Positions 46,633-55,874 of a stretch of DNA of 64,000 nt are shown here, in pieces. The notes below the pieces were generated by a model, which saw only the letters and a list, made by a program, of their open reading frames with translations, was not told the DNA's origin and searched no databases. Source of the stretch: Nitrososphaerota archaeon (GTDB lineage Archaea > Thermoproteota > Nitrososphaeria > PSMU01); contig PSMU01000001.1 in the NCBI GenBank assembly GCA_040290255.1, positions 328,699-392,698 on the forward strand, given 5' to 3'. A program made the position numbers and the translations under genes. Numbering within the stretch: position 1 is the stretch's first letter; each line of letters begins with the position of its first letter.

Positions 46633-46732
46633 GCGCGTACCTCCGCGGTCTGACGGCTCCTTAGCGAGCTAAGCAGGGGAAGGGCCCCAGCAGGTATGTC
46701 TCGATTATAATGTCTGGTGGCCGGGCGCGCGC

Positions 46733-47281
46733 CTACCTGGAGGCCAGCTGGCCGGAGAGCAGCAGCCCCCAGGCGAGCACCGGATAGACGATCATCCTCT
46801 CGATCCCTCCCCTGCCCAGGCCCAGGTCCACGTTGGCCAGGAAGAGCAGCAGCGAGAGCAGGCTGAGGAGGCCCAGCAGCAGATGTAGCGGCCTTAGGGC
46901 CGGGGGCGAGATGCGATACGAGGAGAGCGCGGCCAGCCCCGAGAAGAGGAAGGCGATGAGCGAGAAGAGGCCATGTAAGAGGCCGAAGCGCTCGTTGAAG
47001 AGGCCCACGCCCAGGGCGCCTATGCCCGCGAGCGCGAGCAGCAGCCTAAAGATCCTGCCGTAGCCTTCGCCCAGCCAGTAGCTGCCCGCCAGCACGAGCA
47101 GGCCCAGCAGCGAGACCGAGCCGTTGAAGGCCCAGGCGGAGGGGCCCACGCCCAGGTCGCTGATGAAGTTCTGGGAGACGCTGTAGTCCGGATAGAGGGC
47201 CTCCGCGGCCAGCAGGCCCAGCAGCAGGAACTGGATCACGCCCACCGAGAAGGCAAGGGAGGCAAGGTGCACCCTGTTCAT
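46733..47281 (-). CDS. integral membrane protein (DUF998-like, tentative)
   Basis: 183 aa from internal Met MNRVHL; 5-6 TM helices; ISDLG motif reminiscent of DUF998; longer ORF-track version would overlap the polB promoter. Confidence 0.45.
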   Translation of the reverse strand: MNRVHLASLAFSVGVIQFLLLGLLAAEALYPDYSVSQNFISDLGVGPSAWAFNGSVSLLGLLVLAGSYWLGEGYGRIFRLLLALAGIGALGVGLFNERFGLLHGLFSLIAFLFSGLAALSSYRISPPALRPLHLLLGLLSLLSLLLFLANVDLGLGRGGIERMIVYPVLAWGLLLSGQLASR

Positions 47282-47339
47282 GCCAAGGCCCTGGGGGGTT
47301 AGGTTTATATGCGCTCGCAGGGCCCGAGCGGCACACGAT

Positions 47340-49874
47340 ATGTTCGAGGGCGGGGGAACGGTCGCGGCGAAGCTCCGGCAGCTCACCGCCCATACGAGCA
47401 ACCTCCCGCCCTCCATGCTCGTCTCCGCCACCTATAACGGCGAGCAGGCCGTGGCCGTGCTGAAGTTCTACGAGCCCTCGGGCCAGCGCATCTATCTCTG
47501 GTACGACAGGACGGGGCACAGGCCCTATTGCTATACGCTGCTGGGCCTTGAGGAAACCAGGGCCCGGCTCAGGGGCTTCATGGACCTGAGGTTCCAGGAG
47601 GAGGAGAAGTATGACCTGCTGGAGGATAGGCCCAGGAGGGTCACGAAGATCGTCGCGCCCGACCCGCTCACCATAGGCGGGGGCAAGAAGTCCGTCAGGA
47701 ACGATATAGAGGCCTGGGAGGCCGACATAAAGTACTATGAAAACTACCTGTATGATAATAACCTGCACGTGGGCGCCTTCTACCGCATCGTCGACGACGT
47801 GATCCAGCCCGTGCCCTATGAGCTGCCGCAGGAGGTCGGCAGGGTGCTCGAGGAGCTGCTGCAGGAGAACGAGAGGGAGCTGAGGGACTACATCAAGGAG
47901 TGGGCGGTGCTGCTCAACCAGCCCCTGCTGAACTTCAAGAGGCTGGCCCTCGATATAGAGGTGGATGCCGGCGGCCTGAACCGCGTGCCCGACACGGCCG
48001 AGGCCAAGGAGAGGGTGCTGGCGATAGGGCTGGTGGGCAGCGATGGCAGAAAGGAGGTGCTGCTGCTCAGGAGGGAGAGGCCGCTGGGCGAGAAGGGCGG
48101 GCTGGAGGCCAGCGTCATCCCCTTCGAGGACGAGCGCGAGATGCTGCTCTCGGCCTTCGAGAGGATGATGGAGTACCCCTTCGTGGTCACGTTCAACGGC
48201 GATGACTTCGACCTCAACTACCTGTACCACAGGGCGCTCAGGCTGGGCATTCACAGGGAGGCGATCCCCATCACGATGGGCCGCGACTATGCCGCGCTGG
48301 CGCACGGCGTGCACATAGACCTCTACCGCACCTTCGTCAACAGGTCCATCCAGAACTACGCCTTCGGCAGGAGGTACACGGAGCACACGCTGGAGGGCGT
48401 GGCGGAGGGGCTGCTGGGCGAGGGGAAGCTGGAGTATGAGGGGCGCCTGGAGGATCTCCCGCTGCTCTCGCTCGCCCAGTACTGCTACAGGGATGCCCAG
48501 CTCACGTACCAGCTGACCTCCTTCGACGATGAGGTGCTGCTGAAGCTGCTGACGGTCATCGCGAGGATAGCGAAGCTGCCCATCGATGACGTGGCCCGGC
48601 TGGGCGTCTCGCAGTGGATAAGGAGCATGATGTACATGGCGCACAGGCGCCAGGGCTACCTGATACCCAGGAAGGACGATTTGGCCAGGAAGGGGGGCGC
48701 CTCGTCGGAGGCCGTCATCAGGGGCAAGAAGTACAAGGGCGCGCTGGTGGTGGAGCCCAAGTCCGGCGTGCACTTCAACGTAAAGGTGCTGGACTTCGCC
48801 TCGCTGTACCCCAGCATCATCAAGGTCTTCAACCTCTCATATGAAACGGTGCGCTGTCCCCATCCCGAGTGCAGGGCCAACGTCATCCACGAGACCGACC
48901 ACTGGGTCTGCACCAAAAGGAGGGGCATCACCTCGCTGCTGATCGGCAGCCTGAGGGACCTCAGGGTCAAGTACTACAAGCACCTCGCCAAGAGCCCGGG
49001 GCTCAGCAGGGTGGAGAGGAGCTTTTACTCGGTCATCTCCCAGGGCCTCAAGGTGATCCTGAACGCCGCCTACGGCGTCTTCGGCTTCGAGGAGTTCCCC
49101 CTGTACTGCCTGCCCGTGGCCGATGCCACGGCCGCGATAGGGCGCTACATCATCAGCAGGACGATCGAGCAGTGCGGGACGCTGGGCGTCGAGGTGGTCT
49201 ACGGCGACACCGACAGCCTCTTCATCAAGAGCCCCGCCGAGGAGCCCGTGGAGAGGATCAGGAGCTGGGCCGAGGCGGAGCTGAGGGTCGAGCTGGAGCT
49301 GGACAAGGTCTACAAGTACGCCGCCTTCAGCGGCAGGAAGAAGAACTACTTCGGCGTGCTGCCCGATGGCTCCGTGGACATAAAGGGCTTGACGGGCAAG
49401 AAGTCCCATACGCCCCTCTTCATAAAGAAGCTCTTCCAGCAGGCCCTGCAGTACTTGGGCGAGGTGAACACGCCCGAGGACTTCATGAAGGCCCGGGAGA
49501 GGACCAAGGAGCTGCTGCGCGAGGGCTACCTGCAGCTGAAGGAGAGGAAGGTGCCGCTGGAGGAGCTGGCCTTCAGGGTGATGCTGGGCAAGAACCCCGA
49601 GGAGTATGCGGAGACGACGCCCCAGCACATAAAGGCGGCCCGGCTGCTGCAGGAGAGGGGCAAGGAGGTGAAGGCCGGCGACATCATCTACTTCGTGAAG
49701 GTGATGGGCCCGCTGGGCGTAAAGCCCCTGGAGCTCACCAGGAAGGAGGAGGTGGACGTGGACAAGTACGTGGAGTTCCTCAAGGGCACCTTCGAGCAGG
49801 TGCTCGATGCCCTGGGCTATGACTTCGAGGAGCTGATGGGCGCCAGGAGGCTGGAGGAGTTCTTCGTCAGCTAG
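47340..49874 (+). CDS. polB: family B DNA polymerase
   Basis: Exonuclease motifs, DFASLYPSII (motif A), KVILNAAYG (motif B), YGDTDS (motif C); start at MFEGGG with TATA-like gtttatat about 30 nt upstream; no intein-sized insertion. Confidence 0.9.
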   Translation: MFEGGGTVAAKLRQLTAHTSNLPPSMLVSATYNGEQAVAVLKFYEPSGQRIYLWYDRTGHRPYCYTLLGLEETRARLRGFMDLRFQEEEKYDLLEDRPRRVTKIVAPDPLTIGGGKKSVRNDIEAWEADIKYYENYLYDNNLHVGAFYRIVDDVIQPVPYELPQEVGRVLEELLQENERELRDYIKEWAVLLNQPLLNFKRLALDIEVDAGGLNRVPDTAEAKERVLAIGLVGSDGRKEVLLLRRERPLGEKGGLEASVIPFEDEREMLLSAFERMMEYPFVVTFNGDDFDLNYLYHRALRLGIHREAIPITMGRDYAALAHGVHIDLYRTFVNRSIQNYAFGRRYTEHTLEGVAEGLLGEGKLEYEGRLEDLPLLSLAQYCYRDAQLTYQLTSFDDEVLLKLLTVIARIAKLPIDDVARLGVSQWIRSMMYMAHRRQGYLIPRKDDLARKGGASSEAVIRGKKYKGALVVEPKSGVHFNVKVLDFASLYPSIIKVFNLSYETVRCPHPECRANVIHETDHWVCTKRRGITSLLIGSLRDLRVKYYKHLAKSPGLSRVERSFYSVISQGLKVILNAAYGVFGFEEFPLYCLPVADATAAIGRYIISRTIEQCGTLGVEVVYGDTDSLFIKSPAEEPVERIRSWAEAELRVELELDKVYKYAAFSGRKKNYFGVLPDGSVDIKGLTGKKSHTPLFIKKLFQQALQYLGEVNTPEDFMKARERTKELLREGYLQLKERKVPLEELAFRVMLGKNPEEYAETTPQHIKAARLLQERGKEVKAGDIIYFVKVMGPLGVKPLELTRKEEVDVDKYVEFLKGTFEQVLDALGYDFEELMGARRLEEFFVS

Positions 49875-51093
49875 CGCCCAGGAAGGAGGCCAGGCGGGCC
49901 AGCGCCTCCCTTATCCTTTCAACCCCCTCGCTCACGAAGGTGAGCCTTACATGCCCCGCGCCTGCGGCGCCGAAGTAGTTGCCGGGCACGACGGCCACCT
50001 TAATGCCCTCCAGCGCCCTGCGGGCGAGCTCCTCCTCGCTGAGCCCCAGCGCCTGGAGATAGCCGCGCAGCTCGACGAAGAAGTAGAAGGCCCCCTCGGG
50101 CCAGGCGAAGCCCGCCTCGGGCAGCAGGCGCTCCAGGGCCCTGCCCATCGCCTCCCTCCTCTCCCTGTAGGCCGGCAGCACCAGCTCCTCTATGTAGCGG
50201 TCCCTGCCCTCCCACGTGTAAAAGGCCAGGGCCAGCGTCTGGCCCAGCAGGCTGGGCATGAGCGTCACCAGCTGCTTCAGCTTCTCGCACCGCTCGATGA
50301 TGGGCCTCGGGCCCACCAAGAAGCCTATCCTGGCGCCGGGCGCGTTCAGCTCCTTGGAGGCCGTGAAGCAGGAGAGCGTGCTCTCCTGGGGGCCGTGGGC
50401 GAGGGCATAGGCGTGCTCGCCCTCATACAGGATCCTGCGGTAGGCCTCGTCGCTGAGCAGGAAGAAGCCCCCCTCCTGCGCCAGCTCCGCCAGGGCCCTG
50501 AGCTCCTCCCGCCTCAGGACCCTGCCCGTGGGGTTATCGGGCGAGGCGTAGATGAGCAGCTTCGTCCTCCTGCTCATCCTCTCCTTCACCTCCTCGAGCG
50601 GGAGCCGGTAGCGCCCCTCCCTCCTCATCCTCACGAAGACCGGCCTCGCGCCCGCAAACCTGACCAGGTCCTCGTAGGCCACGTAGGTGGGGTCGAAGAG
50701 CAGCGCCTCATCGCCGGGCTCCAGCAGCACCTGCGTGGCCAGGAAGAGGGCCTCCTGGCTCCCGTCCGTGACGAGCACCTGCTCGGGGCCCACGTCCACA
50801 TGGGCCCTCTGCCTTAGGTCCGCCGCGAAGGCCTCCCTGAGCTCATACAGCCCCGCCGTCTCGCCATAGGTGTAGGCGCCCACCCCTCCCTTCCGCAGGT
50901 GCCCAAGCCAGCGCTCGAGCACCTCCTGGGGAGGCGGAAAGCTGGGGGCGCCGCCGCCCAGCGAAATTATCTCGTGCCTGGCCTGGCTCTTCGCGATGAG
51001 CCTGGCGATCTCCCTTATGGGCGAGCCCCTGATCTCATCGACCCTGCTGCGCAGGGCCGGGGGAGGAAACATCGAGCTCGCCCCGTTGGCCAT
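49867..51093 (-). CDS. class I/II PLP-dependent aminotransferase (AspC family)
   Basis: Fold-type I aminotransferase pattern (...LGGGAPSFPPP..., YGETAGL..., SKE lysine region). Confidence 0.75.
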   Translation of the reverse strand: MANGASSMFPPPALRSRVDEIRGSPIREIARLIAKSQARHEIISLGGGAPSFPPPQEVLERWLGHLRKGGVGAYTYGETAGLYELREAFAADLRQRAHVDVGPEQVLVTDGSQEALFLATQVLLEPGDEALLFDPTYVAYEDLVRFAGARPVFVRMRREGRYRLPLEEVKERMSRRTKLLIYASPDNPTGRVLRREELRALAELAQEGGFFLLSDEAYRRILYEGEHAYALAHGPQESTLSCFTASKELNAPGARIGFLVGPRPIIERCEKLKQLVTLMPSLLGQTLALAFYTWEGRDRYIEELVLPAYRERREAMGRALERLLPEAGFAWPEGAFYFFVELRGYLQALGLSEEELARRALEGIKVAVVPGNYFGAAGAGHVRLTFVSEGVERIREALARLASFLGAS

Positions 51094-51119
51094 TTATATA
51101 ACTCTATGGCCACCCCCGC

Positions 51120-51965
51120 ATGGGCTACGCGCAGCTCTACCTCTCGGGGGGAGGAGGGGGCTGGGGCAGCGGGCCCGGGCTCAGGTTCTTCGGGGCGCCC
51201 TACGAGGCCACCACCAGCTTCCGGCCGGGCTGCAGGTTCGGGCCCGCGGCCTTCAGGCAGGCCCTGATGAACGTGGAGGTCTACTCGCCCAGCAGGGACT
51301 TCGACCTGGAGGAGAGGAGCGTCAGGGACCTGGGCGACTTTAGGGCACAGGGCGAGTTCCCTCAGGTGAGGAGGGCGCTCGGGGCGCTCTGCGAGGAACT
51401 GCTGCGAGAGCCGGGGCCCGTCCTCATGGTGGGCGGCGAGCACCTGCTCACGCTCGGCTCCTTCCCGGCCTCGGGCGCCCAGTGCCTGCTGGTCTTCGAT
51501 GCGCACCTGGACCTCAGGGAGGAGCTCCATGGGCTCCGGTACAGCCACGCCACCTTCCTCAGGCGGCTGATGGAGGAGGGCGCTGCGCAGCTGGTGCACG
51601 TAGGGGCCAGGGCAGCATCGAGGGCCGAGTGGGAGGAGGCGAGGAGGCTCAGGGCCAGGCTGCACCCCCTTCACGCGCTGGATGCGCGCGCCGCGAAGGA
51701 GCTCAGGGATGAGCTCTCTCCCTTCAGCCGGCTCTACCTCTCCGTGGACCTGGACGTCTTTGACCCCTCGGAGGCGCCGGGGGTGGGCAACCCCGAGGCC
51801 GGGGGCCTGAGGTTCAGGGAGTTCGTGGCCCTGCTCGAGGCCCTGGAGGGAAAGGAGGTGAGGCTCTTCGATATCGTCGAGCTCTGCCCTCCGTATGATG
51901 CGGGCGGCATCACCTCCTGCCTGGCCGCCAAGGTGGCCGTGGAGGTCGCGGCGAGGCTCCTCTAG
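51120..51965 (+). CDS. speB: agmatinase/arginase-family ureohydrolase
   Basis: GAPY...RPGCRFGPAAFRQ, GGEHLLTLG, VFDAHLDL, SVDLDVFDPSEAPGVGNPEAGGL metal-binding motifs. Confidence 0.8.
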   Translation: MGYAQLYLSGGGGGWGSGPGLRFFGAPYEATTSFRPGCRFGPAAFRQALMNVEVYSPSRDFDLEERSVRDLGDFRAQGEFPQVRRALGALCEELLREPGPVLMVGGEHLLTLGSFPASGAQCLLVFDAHLDLREELHGLRYSHATFLRRLMEEGAAQLVHVGARAASRAEWEEARRLRARLHPLHALDARAAKELRDELSPFSRLYLSVDLDVFDPSEAPGVGNPEAGGLRFREFVALLEALEGKEVRLFDIVELCPPYDAGGITSCLAAKVAVEVAARLL

Positions 51966-53779
51966 CGAAAGCCGGGGCGCTGTGAGAGCAGCCTGGGCAG
52001 CGCCAGCGGCCTATAGGGCTTGCCCTCGCACTCCCTCCTGATGCGGGCTATCAGCTCCTCCAGCGACATCCTCTCCACCTTCCTCTGGGCCCTGACCCTC
52101 ACGGGCAGGGGCCCCCCGCCCAGCTCCTTCTCGCCCAGCACCACGATGTAGGGGATCCAGGCCACCTCCGCCTCCCTTATCTTCCTGCTCACGCTCCAGT
52201 CCCTGTCGTCCACGTCGGCCCTGATGGAGGCCCCCTCGAGGCTCCTCTGCAGGGCCAGGGCCGCATCGACATAGGGCTGGGAGAGGGGCACGAGCCTGAC
52301 CTGCACCGGGCAGATCCATGTGGGCAGCGAGGGCGGCTCCCTCCTGAGGGCGGTGTCGAAGAGCAGGAACAGGAAGCGCTCCAGCGTGCCCAGGGGGGCG
52401 CTGTGCAGTATGACGGGCCTCTTCTCGCTGCCATCCCTGTCCGTGTAGGAGATGCCGAACCGCTCCGCGTTGCCCACGTCTATCTGCACCGTCGCCACCT
52501 CCCTCGGCTCCCCCCTCTCGTCGATGATGTGATACTCTATGTTGAGCACCCAATAGTACCCCGCCTCCTCGGGGTACTCCGCCACGAGCGCGGGCTTCCC
52601 CTCCACCTCCAGCAGCTGCCTGAAGAAGGGCCCCTGCTCCTCCAGCAGGCGCCTGCCCCTGATATTATACAGCGAAACGTACTCCCTGCCCAGCTCCCTG
52701 ATCTGCCCGTAGATGAGCCTGTGCAGGGCCAGGAAGACGCCCTTCGCCTCCTCGAGGTCCCGGCAGAAGACGTGCAGGTCGGGCATGCTCATCTTCCTGA
52801 CCCTAAAGCCCAGCAGCAGCTCGCCTGACTGCTCGAGCCTATAGCTGTCGGCGATCTCGAAGGCGCCGAAGGGCAGGTGCCTATAGCTCAGCGTCCAGTC
52901 CCTTATCATGCTGAACTGCTGGAAGCAGGCCGCATACCTGAGCACGTAGCTGCGCGGGCCCACCCTGAGCTGGTACATGCGCTGGCCGAAGAGCTGCGCG
53001 TGCTCCCTTATCGCCTTCTCCTCCAGGCTGAACATGTTCGTGCCCTGCACGAAGTAGACCGGGAAGTCCAGGCGCTGCACCAGCTGGGCCACGTAATCGG
53101 CCGCGAGGGCCAGCATGAGCGCGCCCTCCGGCCCATAGCGCAGGTGGCCCAGGTCCGAGGCCCTCTCCCACGTTATGCCCATCCTGACCATCTGCCTGAT
53201 GAACCTGGGCTCCCTCCCCTCGCCCCTGATGCCCAGCGCCTCGCGCTCCACGAGCCGGCGAAACTCCTCGAGCCCGGCATAGTCGAAGCTCGCTGGGTCG
53301 TGCAGCCGGCCATCGAGGCCTAGGATATAGTAGAGCTTCCTGGGGGCGGCCTGGGCTTGGGTCCCTTCCTCCCCCTCCTCGTAGACCTTGAGCTGCTCGG
53401 CCAGCGGATGCCCCTTCACGCGCAGCGTAAAGCGCTTCGTCCAGCCAAAGGGCGCGAGGGAGGCCTCGACGCCCCTTTCCTCCAGCAGGGCTCGAAGCCG
53501 CGCCAGCTCCCTCTTCGCCTCCTCCGGGGGCGCAAGCCGGTTCGAGAGGTGCGCATAGGGGTACAGCAGCACCCGTGCAGCCTTAAGCTGCTGGGCAAGG
53601 CCCGCCAGGTCGGCCGCGGCCCTGCTTGCGCACCTTTCACCATCGCCCTCCTCCACGCTGATGAAGGCGACGAGCCCCTCCCCCATGCTCCCCCCGCGGG
53701 CCCGCTCCTCGGCCCCGCTCACCTCGGGCGCGAGGGGCTCGTATTCGAAGGCCTCGACGTGAAAGATGAGCAGCCTCAT
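51962..53779 (-). CDS. thrS: threonyl-tRNA synthetase (archaeal type with N-terminal editing domain)
   Basis: 605 aa; class II catalytic core and anticodon-binding domain; archaeal-specific N-terminal domain. Confidence 0.9.
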   Translation of the reverse strand: MRLLIFHVEAFEYEPLAPEVSGAEERARGGSMGEGLVAFISVEEGDGERCASRAAADLAGLAQQLKAARVLLYPYAHLSNRLAPPEEAKRELARLRALLEERGVEASLAPFGWTKRFTLRVKGHPLAEQLKVYEEGEEGTQAQAAPRKLYYILGLDGRLHDPASFDYAGLEEFRRLVEREALGIRGEGREPRFIRQMVRMGITWERASDLGHLRYGPEGALMLALAADYVAQLVQRLDFPVYFVQGTNMFSLEEKAIREHAQLFGQRMYQLRVGPRSYVLRYAACFQQFSMIRDWTLSYRHLPFGAFEIADSYRLEQSGELLLGFRVRKMSMPDLHVFCRDLEEAKGVFLALHRLIYGQIRELGREYVSLYNIRGRRLLEEQGPFFRQLLEVEGKPALVAEYPEEAGYYWVLNIEYHIIDERGEPREVATVQIDVGNAERFGISYTDRDGSEKRPVILHSAPLGTLERFLFLLFDTALRREPPSLPTWICPVQVRLVPLSQPYVDAALALQRSLEGASIRADVDDRDWSVSRKIREAEVAWIPYIVVLGEKELGGGPLPVRVRAQRKVERMSLEELIARIRRECEGKPYRPLALPRLLSQRPGFR

Positions 53780-53991
53780 GCCGGGGCTCCGAACCTCAGC
53801 CTCTCCAGCAGCCTCTCGCCCTTGGTCCTCTTCTTATAGTCCCTATAGTGGGCCCTGCAGAGGCAGCAGCGCGCGCCGGCCTCGGCGAGCACGAGGCCCG
53901 CCGCCCTCACCCGCGCCGAGGGGAGCGAGCGCACGGCCGGCGCGGAGCAGCCCTGCACGGAGCAGGAAGCGCCCTTCGCGACCCTCCCCAC
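53776..53991 (-). CDS. small Cys-rich (zinc-ribbon-like) protein, translationally coupled to thrS
   Basis: 71 aa, C..QGC...CCLC; ATGA overlap with thrS start; TATA-like cttttTAGG about 24 nt upstream. Confidence 0.35.
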   Translation of the reverse strand: MGRVAKGASCSVQGCSAPAVRSLPSARVRAAGLVLAEAGARCCLCRAHYRDYKKRTKGERLLERLRFGAPA

Positions 53992-54048
53992 GGTCGCACC
54001 CTCATCCTTACCCTAAAAAGCCTTAACCCGGGCCGCACAGGGCGGGGC

Positions 54049-54615
54049 TTGCTCAACCGGTTCAGGGAGCTCTTCGCGAGGGCGCTGACGCCCATGGCCC
54101 TGGCGCTGGCGAGGGCGGGCCTGAGGCCGCTTCATGTTACGCTGCTCTCGCTGCTCCTGGCGCTGCTCGCGCTGCCCGCGCTGCTGGGCCTGCTGCGCCC
54201 CGCCCTGCCGCTCGCGGCCCTGCTCCTCCTGGGCTCCGGGCTCCTGGATGCGTTGGACGGCCAGCTCGCCAGGGCGCTGGGCGCGGAGTCAAGGAGGGGG
54301 GCCTTCCTGGATTCCACCTTCGACCGCCTCTCGGAGGGCGCGATCTACATAGGCCTGGCGGCCGGCGGCTGGGTGCCCGCCTACCTGGCCACGCTGGCGC
54401 TGCTGCTCTCGCTCATGGTGAGCTATGTGAGGGCCCGGGCCGAGGGGCTGGGCGTGCAGCTGAAGGGCGTGGGCTTCGCGGAGAGGGCCGAAAGGCTCCT
54501 GATCCTCTCGCTCTCCCTCCTGCTCGGCTATCCGGCGCCGGGCGCCGTGCTCGTCGCGCTGCTCTCCGCCCTGGCCCTGGCCCAGAGGATATGGGCCGCG
54601 CTAAAACAGCTTTGA
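54049..54615 (+). CDS. CDP-alcohol phosphatidyltransferase family membrane protein
   Basis: D-G-x2-A-R-x8-G-x3-D-x3-D motif (DALDGQLARALGAESRRGAFLDSTFDRLSEGA), multi-TM; TTG start inferred from TATA-like ctaaaaag about 30 nt upstream. Confidence 0.7.
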   Translation: MLNRFRELFARALTPMALALARAGLRPLHVTLLSLLLALLALPALLGLLRPALPLAALLLLGSGLLDALDGQLARALGAESRRGAFLDSTFDRLSEGAIYIGLAAGGWVPAYLATLALLLSLMVSYVRARAEGLGVQLKGVGFAERAERLLILSLSLLLGYPAPGAVLVALLSALALAQRIWAALKQL

Positions 54616-54888
54616 GGGGAGCCTCCTCTCCTCCTCGGCCCTGACCTTCACCACGCCGAAGTGCACCGCGCAGGAGACGCAGTAATACTTCATGATCGGC
54701 ATGCGGGGCACATAGGCGCCCTTCTCCTTGAGCTCCCTGGCCAGCATCGGGTCCACCGGCGAGACGAAGCTCGTCACCTTCTTGGCCTTATCCCTGGGGA
54801 TGAGCGCCCCGCAGTTCGTGCAGTGCACCAGGTCGGACCTGCCCTTGCCTCCCTTAGCCCTTCCCCTGTTCTTCCTCTTCTTTGGCAC
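54601..54888 (-). CDS. rps26e: ribosomal protein S26e
   Basis: PKKRKNRGRAKGGKG...HCTNCGALIPRDKAKK...YYCVSCAVHFGVVKVR matches eS26; GTG start with TATA-like tttattta about 25 nt upstream. Confidence 0.75.
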   Translation of the reverse strand: MPKKRKNRGRAKGGKGRSDLVHCTNCGALIPRDKAKKVTSFVSPVDPMLARELKEKGAYVPRMPIMKYYCVSCAVHFGVVKVRAEEERRLPSKLF

Positions 54889-54947
54889 GGCCTCAGCTTC
54901 TCGCCGCCGTAAATAAACGTTATTAGACCTGGCCATAACCGCTGCGG

Positions 54948-55874
54948 ATGCCCTACTTCACGCTCGTGGGCCACATCACGCTGGATTACATCTTCCAGGA
55001 GGGGAGGCTGAGGTACAGGGGGCTGGGGGGCCCGCCCTCGTATGCCTCCGCGCTTCTCCAGGCGGAGGGCGAGAGGGCCTACGTGATCACGAAGCATGGG
55101 CCCAGGCCGCCGAAGGAGTGGGCGCTGCTGCTGGCCATGGGCAGGATGGCGCTCGCGCCCGGCTATGAGGAGCCCAGCAGGCCCACCACGAGCTTCAGCC
55201 TCAGCTACAGGAGGGGGCGGCGCAGGGTGAGGCTGCTCGCCTACTGCGCGCCCATCGCGCCCCAGCAGCTCGTGCAGGGGCCCATGGACGTGGCCCTGAT
55301 ATCGCCGGTGATGAAGGAGGTGGACGAGGGCGCGCTGGCCATACTTCGCTCGAGGGCCCAGCTGAGCCTGCTGGACCCTCAGGGCCTGCTGAGGAGCGCG
55401 GATGAAAGGGGCCGCTGCCGCCTTTCCCCTCCGCCCTTCAACCCGCTGCGCTATGCCGATTACGTGAAGCTCGGTGGCGAGGAGGCCGAGGCGCTCCTGG
55501 GCCCCCTCGCGCCCGCCGAGGCCCTCGAGAGGCTGCTGGCCCGAGGCGCCAGGGGCATCCTGCTCACGGGCAGGAGGGAGGTCTACCTGAGGGTGGGCGG
55601 CGCGGCCTACCATCTGCCCCTTCCCAGGGTCCGCGCGCTGGACCCCACGGGGGCCGGGGATATCTTCTGCGCCTCCTTTCTCCTAGGCCTGGTGCGCAAG
55701 GGAGATCCCCTGCTCGCCCTGGCCGGCGCGGCGGTTCAGGCCCAGGCGGCGGTGAGGTTGGGCCTGGGCATAAGGAAGGTCCTGGCGCTGAAGGAGGCCC
55801 CCTCGCTCATGGGCAAGGGCCTTATGAGGAGGGCCGAAATCCTGCTGCAGCGGCTCAGGAGGCTAAGCGGCTAA
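54948..55874 (+). CDS. PfkB-family carbohydrate/nucleoside kinase
   Basis: Ribokinase-like fold with DPTGAGD signature. Confidence 0.7.
   Translation: MPYFTLVGHITLDYIFQEGRLRYRGLGGPPSYASALLQAEGERAYVITKHGPRPPKEWALLLAMGRMALAPGYEEPSRPTTSFSLSYRRGRRRVRLLAYCAPIAPQQLVQGPMDVALISPVMKEVDEGALAILRSRAQLSLLDPQGLLRSADERGRCRLSPPPFNPLRYADYVKLGGEEAEALLGPLAPAEALERLLARGARGILLTGRREVYLRVGGAAYHLPLPRVRALDPTGAGDIFCASFLLGLVRKGDPLLALAGAAVQAQAAVRLGLGIRKVLALKEAPSLMGKGLMRRAEILLQRLRRLSG

Noticed and set aside
47046-48773. 575-aa ORF on the minus strand
   Set aside because: Antisense shadow of polB in high-GC DNA; the plus-strand product carries unmistakable family B polymerase motifs (DFASLYPSII, YGDTDS), and the minus product is Arg/Pro/Gly-rich low complexity.
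47340-49874. Intein in polB
   Set aside because: Product length (about 845 aa) and uninterrupted motif A-B-C spacing leave no room for an intein.
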